A DNA stretch of 64,000 bases from a virus. Lineage: Duplodnaviria > Heunggongvirae > Uroviricota > Caudoviricetes. Position numbers and translations under genes: made by a program. Positions 55,232-63,683 of this stretch are shown piece by piece (within the stretch, counting starts at the first letter, position 1; the number at the start of each line of letters is the position of its first letter). The DNA is taken from IMG/VR virus record IMGVR_UViG_2609460125_000009. One strand, given 5' to 3'. Below the pieces are notes generated by a model. The model did not search any database. It was not told the origin of the DNA and saw only the letters and a list, made by a program, of their open reading frames with translations.

Positions 55232-55518
55232 GCAATTTAACTTCTTGGGACTGGTGGTTGGCCACCTATTTCTTAGCGGCCGGAGTCGCATTCGCCTTTT
55301 ACGTAGGTCAGTTAGTCGTAAAACTGCTGCTGATTAAATTTGCCAGTCATAAACGTATCGATGATGGTCTGTGGCGTCTTGGCACCCTGGTGGAAACTCG
55401 CTACGGGCAACTTAAGGAGAACGAAACCATTACTATCCAAGCGAAACGATTCACTGCCACCATCACAAGAACACCTAGTCGTAGAGTGGCCTTGATCAAA
55501 AAAGTCACAACCGAATAA
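55228..55518 (+). CDS. small membrane protein
   Basis: 96-aa ORF with N-terminal transmembrane segment. Confidence 0.45.
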   Translation: MSNLTSWDWWLATYFLAAGVAFAFYVGQLVVKLLLIKFASHKRIDDGLWRLGTLVETRYGQLKENETITIQAKRFTATITRTPSRRVALIKKVTTE

Positions 55519-55538
55519 AAACATGGTGATAAGTATTT

Positions 55539-55560
55539 ACTTACTTATCTTTTATGTATA
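55539..55560. promoter_or_regulatory. motif family 2 site GATAAGTATTTACTTACTTATC
   Basis: Inverted repeat at the start of the tRNA-containing non-coding region. Confidence 0.45.
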
Positions 55561-56294
55561 AGATGACTTTGTTTTCGTTGAGACGCGACTGTTTGAACTT
55601 AAATACAAGTGCAAACGAAGAAGTCTATCTGGCAGTAGCCTAATAAGCCAAACACCAGCGAGGTCAGTTTCCAGCCTCGTTACCGAAATGGGACACACTG
55701 AGCGAGTGTGATTGCAGAACGCAGGAGGGAACATTCATGTTCCCTCCGATGAAGTAACAGAATGGGCGGTTGGTATATTTTCAACTCCATATGACTCCCG
55801 GATTCTTAGCCACTGACCGCCCATCCTGTTACGTCATTTTGTTCAATTATGTCGTTTATACTGGGTTAAAAAGCGGCGACGTAGCCCGGCTGGTATGGTT
55901 AGCCAGCACACAACGTTGAGGCCATTACATTTTTATCAATTCTAAGGTTCTATTCACAGAGATACCGGCGAGCGTTGATATGTAACATGTTGGGCAAACA
56001 TTCAATCGGAGTAGTGGCCTCAACGTTGTGAAGACAGGATTGTTGTGTAGGTTTAACCACTGTTGCCATTGGTGCCTGTTTTCACAACAAATGATTCCAT
56101 ACATCACATTGTATAAATTACAAAGTAGGTGCTGTCCTCAGAAACATCATCTACTTAAAGATTTTGCCTTCTATTGAGCGAAGTCGAAAACGTCTGGCAC
56201 TAACGGAAAGTGCAAGTAGCGGTGTGTTTCCTGGCAGAAACTAACACCGCCGCGATTGGCACTGTTGAGTAATAAATACTGGCAGTGCTGAATT

Positions 56295-56369
56295 GATGGT
56301 GTAGCTCAGCGGTAGAGCAGTTGGCTGTTAACCAACTGGTCGGTGGTTCGAATCCACCCACCATCGCCA
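56295..56369 (+). tRNA. tRNA-Asn (anticodon GTT)
   Basis: Hand-folded cloverleaf: acceptor GATGGTG/CACCATC, anticodon loop CTGTTAA, T-loop TTCGAAT, 3' CCA encoded. Confidence 0.8.
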
Positions 56370-56374
56370 ATTTA

Positions 56375-56461
56375 GGGGAGTTAGTCCGTAGAGGTAGCGG
56401 GGTAGACTGTAAATCTACTGTCATTGCGACTCGGGTGGTTCGACTCCATCACTCCCCACCA
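56375..56461 (+). tRNA. tRNA-Tyr (anticodon GTA), long variable arm
   Basis: Acceptor GGGGAGT/ACTCCCC, anticodon stem-loop GTAGA-CTGTAAA-TCTAC, long variable arm; D-arm pairing is atypical. Confidence 0.6.
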
Positions 56462-56465
56462 AATT

Positions 56466-56541
56466 GCCGGTTTAGCTCAGTTGGTAGAGCGCCTGCCTTG
56501 TAAGCAGGATGTCAGCGGTTCGATCCCGTTAACCGGCACCA
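56466..56541 (+). tRNA. tRNA-Thr (anticodon TGT)
   Basis: Acceptor GCCGGTT/AACCGGC, D-arm GCTC-AGTTGGTA-GAGC, anticodon loop CTTGTAA, T-loop TTCGATC. Confidence 0.8.
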
Positions 56542-56904
56542 ACACAACAGGTAAGAGCATTGGGCGAATCGGCGATACTGACCCACAAGCCCGTAAATCG
56601 ATAGAGTCAGACCAGTGCTCTTACCGTTGTGAGGAAGTGCAGCTCTTTGAAGCAACCAGAAGATAAGCATCTGGCTTCACAACACAACGATAAGATCATT
56701 ACGGTTAATCGTCGTTCATGTGCACAATGACTGGTCGAAAGGTAGTGATCTTACCGTTGTGGTGGATTCGCAGACTGATGCGATAGCTTTCTTGGATGTT
56801 AGGGAAATGCGGCCGCAAATCTTCCCTTTCGCGAGCGGTGATCGTCCGTAGTCCTAATTGGCTGCACCGTATGCCGGAGATTCAGTACCGGCCACCACAA
56901 CGGC

Positions 56905-56991
56905 CGGAGAGTAGGGAGCATGGTGCTCAAGCGGTCTTGAAAACCGTCCCATTGCGCAAGCGATGATGGTTCGATTCCATTACTCTCCGCC
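56905..56991 (+). tRNA. tRNA-Ser (anticodon TGA), long variable arm
   Basis: Acceptor GGAGAGT/ACTCTCC, anticodon loop CTTGAAA, T-loop TTCGATT; D-arm atypical. Confidence 0.55.
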
Positions 56992-57147
56992 AGACACAGC
57001 GTTGAGCGGTTTGGCCTTTTAATCACCCAGATTAAGACTCCGCTAACATAAACCAGACCGCTCAACGCTGTGATAGACAATTACGGCAGACGTTCTTAAC
57101 CATAGCTTGCTAACATCCTAGCAACACTTTTTTTCAGCGCAAAATTC

Positions 57148-57170
57148 AAAGGGGCTTCGGCCCCTTTTTT
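57148..57170 (+). terminator. rho-independent terminator
   Basis: AAAGGGGC…GCCCCTTT stem followed by TTTT. Confidence 0.7.
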
Positions 57171-57213
57171 GCAACTGAAAGAGTCAAGTCTACGAACTTT
57201 GTAGGAAGAAATA

Positions 57214-57564
57214 ATGACCAGCAAAGATAACACACCACTAAAAGTCACCCCTGAACACATTGAACAACTCATTCAAAGTGAACATTATTTCACTGCATAT
57301 GATGCCAGCCACGGGGATAACTTCATCTCCGTTTACAATTCAAAAACAGATATCGACAAATGTCATGAGTCGTTAAAACTCTTAACGTTCTGCGTTATGG
57401 TTCTCAAAAATGGATATACCGTAACGGGAAAATCTGCGTGCGTAAGACCAGAAATCTTCAACTTTGATGTTGGTCGCGAGTACGCTCGAAAAGATGCTAT
57501 CGATCAAATCTGGCCCCTGGAAGGCTATCTCCTGAAGCAAAAGTGGCATGAGGCAAAGCAATGA
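57214..57564 (+). CDS. hypothetical protein
   Basis: 116-aa ORF with RBS; overlaps the glutaredoxin start. Confidence 0.45.
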   Translation: MTSKDNTPLKVTPEHIEQLIQSEHYFTAYDASHGDNFISVYNSKTDIDKCHESLKLLTFCVMVLKNGYTVTGKSACVRPEIFNFDVGREYARKDAIDQIWPLEGYLLKQKWHEAKQ

Positions 57565-57806
57565 CGATCACTATCTACGGACGAGATAACTGCTCATTCT
57601 GCAAACGTGCGGTCGAGCTGGCGAAGCAACTAAAGGGACATGGCTACGGTGATTATGAGTACATCGACATCACCACTGCCGGTATCGACAAGGAAAAACT
57701 AAGTGAAATTGTTGGTAAACCGGTAGAGACTATCCCCCAAGTGCTGATCGATGGCCAACCGATTGGCGGATACACAGAACTGGCTGCATACGTCAGCACC
57801 CTCTGA
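57561..57806 (+). CDS. glutaredoxin / NrdH-like redoxin
   Basis: CSFC active site and TIPQV/GG motifs of the thioredoxin fold. Confidence 0.75.
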   Translation: MTITIYGRDNCSFCKRAVELAKQLKGHGYGDYEYIDITTAGIDKEKLSEIVGKPVETIPQVLIDGQPIGGYTELAAYVSTL

Positions 57807-57812
57807 TTTTAA

Positions 57813-57835
57813 CGGCTCACAGGAGCCGTTTTTAT
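57813..57835 (+). terminator. rho-independent terminator
   Basis: ACGGCTC…GAGCCGT stem followed by TTTTT. Confidence 0.65.
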
Positions 57836-58016
57836 TCCCACCAAACTCACTCCCGTTTCCCTTAAAATTCAAAAAACAACGTCAAAATGATTCCATACCT
57901 ACTATGTATGGAATCATTAGTAAAAATGAGTTACTTTTACTCTTGATCCTATAAGAATCTATGCCTAATATACTGTTTACTTATACAGTACATCGGCGTA
58001 ACTCGGTGATTGTCAT

Positions 58017-59120
58017 ATGAAAAATAGCTTTGACAGAGCACGCGCTGCGGAGAACACCTCAAAAGAGGCGATTGAGTATCTCGAAAGAGCATCTCAAATG
58101 CAGGCCGTTATGATCTCCCAGGTCAGCAATGACATGAGATTCTCGGACGCATTCATGTTATTCACTCGCTTATCTCTGCTGATAACAAGACGTCGGCCAG
58201 AGATCGCTGTTCATTGTATTTTGATACATGTTTTGCCGCACATTGCCGATGTAAAAGTAAGTGATATTAATAGGTTCATGGTGAACCAACTGGTCAACCC
58301 ACTAATACTGGATGGCAAAATTGTTATGGGTCGCCGCGTTTTCTCTCTGATGAAGCAGTTCCTCAGCTGGTGCGCCTTCCAGGGGATGATCGACGTGTCA
58401 CCGTTAAACGATATGTCACTTAACAAAGTTGCCGGTGGCGCAAAGCCCACACCTCGCGAGCGGAAGCTGACCGACGCAGAGGTATGGGTGTTCTGGAATA
58501 TATGGGACTACTTCAATGTGTGTGCTGGTACAAAATGGGCGGCCAGGCTATGTCTTGTATCCGCAAGACGACCTGACGAAGTACTGCGGGCTAAAAAAAG
58601 TGAGTTCAATCTTAAGCGTGGGGTTTGGAATCAAGGCAAGAGGAACAAATCTGCCCGTGAGCATTCTCTGCCTTTAAGCTCATTAATGCGCACTTGTATT
58701 GAAGAGTTGTTCGAATATGGTAAAGACAGCCAGTGGCTCGTGCCTTCGAATAAAAAAATCGGGAAAGACCTTCCTATGTCTAAAGTGGCAATAGCCCAGG
58801 CATTACGTCGTATTCTGGAACGACCAGAACTGATGGAGCTTGAGCCATTTACACCCCGAGATTTGCGCCGTACTGCGCGTAGTTACTTCCCAGCATTAGG
58901 CATAAGCCAGGAGGTATCACGTAAAATCATGAACCACAGTCTTGAGGGGATAGATCGGGTCTACGACCGGCACGATTATATGGACGAGATGCGAGACGCC
59001 TTAGAAAGTTTCTCGACGTACATCGCATCAATCGTAGAGCAACCGGATTTAGACGAAATTGACCACAAATTTAAGGGAGATCGTCTATCAACAGAGCTTA
59101 TTCGTGTAAATTTTTCATAG
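58017..59120 (+). CDS. tyrosine recombinase / integrase
   Basis: C-terminal catalytic pattern RDLRRTARS…H…VYDRH; N-terminal start uncertain. Confidence 0.6.
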   Translation: MKNSFDRARAAENTSKEAIEYLERASQMQAVMISQVSNDMRFSDAFMLFTRLSLLITRRRPEIAVHCILIHVLPHIADVKVSDINRFMVNQLVNPLILDGKIVMGRRVFSLMKQFLSWCAFQGMIDVSPLNDMSLNKVAGGAKPTPRERKLTDAEVWVFWNIWDYFNVCAGTKWAARLCLVSARRPDEVLRAKKSEFNLKRGVWNQGKRNKSAREHSLPLSSLMRTCIEELFEYGKDSQWLVPSNKKIGKDLPMSKVAIAQALRRILERPELMELEPFTPRDLRRTARSYFPALGISQEVSRKIMNHSLEGIDRVYDRHDYMDEMRDALESFSTYIASIVEQPDLDEIDHKFKGDRLSTELIRVNFS

Positions 59121-59501
59121 AGACTTTATGGCCTCAACAACCTTTTGTGATGCGCCTTTCTCTTTACCGAATCGCTCGTTATATGCAGCAAGAACCTGTT
59201 TTTCGTCCTCGTTAAGAGGAGCAGTGCCTTCTTTGTATAAAAATGCTGCGAGTTCGGGTTGGCGTTCTTCCAGCACCATCATCATAAGACGACTTGGCTC
59301 AATACCCAGTGCCAGCGCCAGCGGACGAACCTTATCGATAGGCAAAGGAATTTTGCCGCTTTTAATTAAAGAAAGGTTGTTGGCGTTTTTATACCCAATT
59401 GTTTTGGCTATCTGGGCCTGGCTCATAGGTGAGGATTCAATCAACCCTGCGATAAAAGCAGCGTAGCGACTTTCTATAAATTCAATCTTGTTATCAGACA
59501 T
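59115..59501 (-). CDS. XRE-family HTH transcriptional repressor
   Basis: HTH (…SQAQIAKTIGYKNANNLSLIKSG…); divergent from a small plus-strand ORF. Confidence 0.65.
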   Translation of the reverse strand: MSDNKIEFIESRYAAFIAGLIESSPMSQAQIAKTIGYKNANNLSLIKSGKIPLPIDKVRPLALALGIEPSRLMMMVLEERQPELAAFLYKEGTAPLNEDEKQVLAAYNERFGKEKGASQKVVEAIKSL

Positions 59502-59752
59502 GGTTACAACCTTTGCGCGTTCAATTCTCTCTGGTAAGTGCTTACCGATATTACATCAAAGGTTAGGGTTGTAAAGCTATTATCATTTTTTTCGATAGGC
59601 ACTTAAAAGACCGGTTAAAGGCCATTGCACGGAGAAAAATTAGCCCAAAATAGGTAAGAAAATCAACTTGCATATGATATGAATGTATTCAGTATTGATA
59701 CAAATTTTAGTAGTATTCCTTACCATAGTATAAGTTAGAATGGATTGATTGA

Positions 59753-59965
59753 ATGAACACCACTATTTCCAGCCTAATCGCTCTTGAGATCGGACACGTA
59801 CAGAAATTAGCTGATGAGTGTGTAGCTGACATCCTCACCGATCTACCGAATGAGCAGATTCAGGTTGGTGTGAATGACACAACTGGATTTATATTCGAAC
59901 TTAACAACAAACGCTTCACGCTTCTCAATACCGGCTCCGGGTCTTTAGCCGTCAGAATCTGTTAA
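59753..59965 (+). CDS. hypothetical small protein
   Basis: 70-aa ORF divergent from the XRE gene. Confidence 0.35.
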   Translation: MNTTISSLIALEIGHVQKLADECVADILTDLPNEQIQVGVNDTTGFIFELNNKRFTLLNTGSGSLAVRIC

Positions 59966-60032
59966 CCCCTCTTCTCCCTGCGCGAATGGCTTAGTTCCCT
60001 GTTCGCGCAGTGCTACATTAAACACACTAGTA

Positions 60033-60046
60033 AATAATTTGTTTTC
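60033..60046. promoter_or_regulatory. motif family 1 half-site AATAATTTGTTTTC
   Basis: Upstream of the CobT-like gene. Confidence 0.4.
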
Positions 60047-60063
60047 ATAACAAAGGATTAGCC

Positions 60064-62172
60064 ATGTCTAAAAAACGTTCCATCAAAGAGGTTCAGGACT
60101 TCCGTGACAGTGTAAAACGAGTAGTCGCTCTCCTTTCAGGTAAAAACATCCCTGTTGCAGAACGAGGGGACGACGCTTATGTACGCTATAACGATGATGG
60201 AGAGCCAATTCTCGTAAACATCCCATCAATCCCGGATAACGCAACACCGGCATTGATGAATGCTGTGCGCGGATTTCTCGATCATGAGGTTGCTCACATT
60301 TTGTTTACCGATATTCGTGTGTCCAACAAAATGAGAGAAAAAGGACGCGTTCCTTCCTGGTCGCTATGGAATGCCTTAGAAGACGTGTTCATCGAGCGAA
60401 AAATGGGTCAGGTCTTTAACGGAACAAGACGTAATCTGATGGCAACTCAGCGCCTTATAATCGAAAAAGTCTTTAAACCAAAGGCTTCAGAGGCTATTGC
60501 TTATTGTGGCAAAGATCAGCGCGCGCTTTTTCTAAACTTCTTTCTCTGTCCGGTTGTAAGAGCCTGGGATGGCCAAGCACCGTTCGTAGATTTCATGGAT
60601 GAATATTGGCCTGTCATTGAGAAACCAATTTCATTATTAAAAGAACATGGTATCGATGTGGCCGTGCGTAACATGTCTTGCACCGAGGATTGTGTAAAGG
60701 TGGCTGCGACCATAGCTAAGATCCTCAAAGACACTGAAAGTGAAAGCAAAGGTAAGGAGTCAGCTCCGGGAAAAACTTCCGATCCTTCAGACGCTGACCA
60801 GACGGATGCCTCTGGAGAAAACAATGAAGACAACGAAGATCATGAGACACCCTCAGCGTTAGATAATCACAAATCTATCAAATCAGAATCACACAGTAAG
60901 CACAAACATGATAATAACGACGGTGATGATTCAGATAATTCTGAATCATCAGAAACAATATTCGATGATACAGAAAATGATAAAGAGGTATCAGATTCTG
61001 ATGCTTCTGATAACGCGGTGTCAGAATCATTTACCGCTGACCACGAAAAAAGAAAAACGACAGAAGACGGCTCTTCAGATATCCCAACTCCGTCAAAAAT
61101 GAGTCTGGAAGAGGCTTTAGAGGAGCTGGATAGCATAGAAGATGAAGTCGGAGGCATGACAGAAGATGCTCTATCCGAAACGATTAAAAGCGAGTTAACA
61201 GAAACCTCGAAAAGCGAATACAGGCCATACAATCGCTCATACGACTTCATCGGCTCGATTGATCAGGCAGAAGCCCATATCAAACGGCTTATTAAAACAT
61301 TCTCCGATATTGATTTAGGAGGATATCCAATCAGCCGCTATCGCATCGTTCCTGAAGGCAACCAGCTCTTCGACAAATATATTGAAAAGCATCTTTCGTC
61401 AGGTGTTTCGTCGACGCTGGCAAAAGACCTGGAGCGAGCAATAGCAAGCAGAAACAGAGTTCAGTTTATACCGGGCCAGCGTCGGGGGCGCATTCATGGT
61501 TCTAGTATCTACAGATTAGCAATGAATGATGATCGCGTGTTTCGTAAAAAAGAAGAATCTAAAGCCGTTAACGCCTGTGTTCAGCAAGTGATTGATTTAT
61601 CAGGTTCAATGAGTGGTATAACGATACAATTGGCTCTTGCAAGTGCATATACCATCGCCGATGCCCTTGATCGAATAAATGTTCCCAACATTATCACCGG
61701 CTTCACTACATTTGGTAGTCATATGGCGGCAGGAGAACTTAAGGCTGTCAAGTATGAGTTCTCTCGCTTTGAATCTTTAATGCTACCTATCATCAAAAAT
61801 TGGAATGAAAAGGTAAATTCTCGCGAAGTTCGCTCACGTATGGGGTGCGTAGGCTACACATTCCCACTTCTTAATAACGTGGATGGTGAAAGCATAGCCA
61901 GCCTTGCATCGTTATTTTCCGGTCGCATGGAGGACAGGAAGATCATGCTTGTTCTGAGTGATGGCGCGCCGTGGGCTGTTGGGAGAGGTTTTGACGCTCA
62001 TTTGCGTTCGGTTGCGAAGCAAATTGAAACGCAGACTGACATTGATTTGATGGCAATTGGCATCATGACTGACGCACCGGAGAGATTATACTCAAATCAT
62101 GCCCTGGTAACGAGCGTTGATAGTCTTGGTTCATCTGTAGTTACTGAACTATCTCGTATCATTTTAAAGTGA
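60064..62172 (+). CDS. CobT-like protein with C-terminal vWA domain
   Basis: Long acidic linker; MIDAS-like DLSGSMSG in the C-terminal domain. Confidence 0.6.
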   Translation: MSKKRSIKEVQDFRDSVKRVVALLSGKNIPVAERGDDAYVRYNDDGEPILVNIPSIPDNATPALMNAVRGFLDHEVAHILFTDIRVSNKMREKGRVPSWSLWNALEDVFIERKMGQVFNGTRRNLMATQRLIIEKVFKPKASEAIAYCGKDQRALFLNFFLCPVVRAWDGQAPFVDFMDEYWPVIEKPISLLKEHGIDVAVRNMSCTEDCVKVAATIAKILKDTESESKGKESAPGKTSDPSDADQTDASGENNEDNEDHETPSALDNHKSIKSESHSKHKHDNNDGDDSDNSESSETIFDDTENDKEVSDSDASDNAVSESFTADHEKRKTTEDGSSDIPTPSKMSLEEALEELDSIEDEVGGMTEDALSETIKSELTETSKSEYRPYNRSYDFIGSIDQAEAHIKRLIKTFSDIDLGGYPISRYRIVPEGNQLFDKYIEKHLSSGVSSTLAKDLERAIASRNRVQFIPGQRRGRIHGSSIYRLAMNDDRVFRKKEESKAVNACVQQVIDLSGSMSGITIQLALASAYTIADALDRINVPNIITGFTTFGSHMAAGELKAVKYEFSRFESLMLPIIKNWNEKVNSREVRSRMGCVGYTFPLLNNVDGESIASLASLFSGRMEDRKIMLVLSDGAPWAVGRGFDAHLRSVAKQIETQTDIDLMAIGIMTDAPERLYSNHALVTSVDSLGSSVVTELSRIILK

Positions 62173-62187
62173 ACAAAACAGCCTTAA

Positions 62188-62210
62188 CGATAAGTAACCA
62201 CTTACGATAG
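62188..62210. promoter_or_regulatory. motif family 2 site GATAAGTAACCACTTACGATAG
   Basis: Inverted repeat between the CobT-like and CobS-like genes. Confidence 0.4.
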
Positions 62211-62267
62211 ATAATGATATATTTATATAAGAAGTTGAACGCTCATTAGAAAACAAAGGAAAAACGC

Positions 62268-63503
62268 ATGACTACTACTGCACTGCAAAATGAAAACAAT
62301 CCTTCTGATTACCTTGTTTGCAAGTGGTGCGGAAAATCATTTCACTATTTTAAGTCCCATGTTGCCAATGGTAATTGCGAGGGCATTCCTGAGTCAGTAA
62401 AAGATGCCGATCCTGACACCGTACTGAAAATGTACACAACACAGTTTCCAGATGAGCCAACGCTATCGAAAAAGGCACTTGATGCAATTCAAGCTAAACG
62501 TGCCGAGCAAAAAAGCGAAATGGCCAAATCATCTGGCGTGACCAGTAGCCCAGGCTACACAGGCACAGTTGAGTACAAGACAGATCTGGTCGCAGCTCAC
62601 GAACTGCTAAATGTAACGGTGAAAGAACTCGGAACAAAACGTGGGACGCCGCTCATGGTTAGCGTCAACGTCAATACGCCGTTTCCAGAGTTCGTTCCAG
62701 AAGTGAAGAAGGGATACGTATATGGCGACTTCGAACTGATCAAAGACATTTTCATGATGCTTGAACTTGGCATACCTGGCTATTTGTGGGGTCATGCAGG
62801 AACAGGCAAATCGTCATTGCCTACACAACTATGTGCTTTGCTCAATCGTCCGTTGATCCGTGCCCAACATACAGCATCAATGGAAGAGGCACATGTTACG
62901 GGGCAAATTCTGGCGCGTGATGGCTCTACGTATTTCGAGCCTGGCTTGCTTGCGCTCGCAATGAAGCATGGCTGGGTTTACCTCGCGGATGAATACGACT
63001 TTGCGTTTCCACAAATTCTTGGCGTGTATCAGCCAGTGCTGGAAGGTGAAGCGTTAGTCATCAAAGAGGCGACTCCAGAATGGCGTCGCATTACTCCGCA
63101 TGAACGGTTTGCTTTCATTGGCACTGGCAACACGAACGGATCTGGTGATGAAACCGGCTTGTACCAGGGTACAAACATCCAGAACGCCGCGAACTTTTCG
63201 CGTTTTGGCATCGTTTCGAATGTGAAATACATGAGCAAAGAGGCAGAGATCAACATGTTGATAAATGCCGGTATCGTGGATGAATACGCAGAAAAGATGG
63301 TTAAGTTTGCCGGTATCGTTCGCGATGGATACGAAGAACACCTTATCAGTCAGCCAATTGGCCCTCGTGAACTTTTGTTGTCGGCCAAGATTGGAATGAT
63401 GCGAGGCGACTTTGTGACAGGTATTGAGCGTTCTTTCATTAACAAACTCCCTTCAGCTTCTGCACAAGCGGCTCGTGAAGTTGTTCAAAAAATATTTGGT
63501 TGA
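62268..63503 (+). CDS. CobS-like MoxR-type AAA+ ATPase
   Basis: Walker A GHAGTGKSS; Walker B LADEYD. Confidence 0.6.
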   Translation: MTTTALQNENNPSDYLVCKWCGKSFHYFKSHVANGNCEGIPESVKDADPDTVLKMYTTQFPDEPTLSKKALDAIQAKRAEQKSEMAKSSGVTSSPGYTGTVEYKTDLVAAHELLNVTVKELGTKRGTPLMVSVNVNTPFPEFVPEVKKGYVYGDFELIKDIFMMLELGIPGYLWGHAGTGKSSLPTQLCALLNRPLIRAQHTASMEEAHVTGQILARDGSTYFEPGLLALAMKHGWVYLADEYDFAFPQILGVYQPVLEGEALVIKEATPEWRRITPHERFAFIGTGNTNGSGDETGLYQGTNIQNAANFSRFGIVSNVKYMSKEAEINMLINAGIVDEYAEKMVKFAGIVRDGYEEHLISQPIGPRELLLSAKIGMMRGDFVTGIERSFINKLPSASAQAAREVVQKIFG

Positions 63504-63683
63504 TCGTGCGTAAAGGATGTTTCGGCTCTCTTATCGCTGCTTCTGAAACTGGTAAGGCTTGTCTGGTGTGTCCAGACAAGCCCGATTGTCACCAATCAGC
63601 AAAAGAAGTTGCGATTTCGATGCATGGGAAGTTCGTAGGCTTCCCAAATGACAAAATCAAAAAAACCAGAAAGGTAAAAACAC

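Noticed and set aside
56200-57080. Track ORFs overlapping the tRNA block (56200..56424 -, 56321..56503 +, 56424..56666 +, 56799..57080 -)
   Set aside because: They are read through tRNA genes and structured hairpins and have no translation signals.
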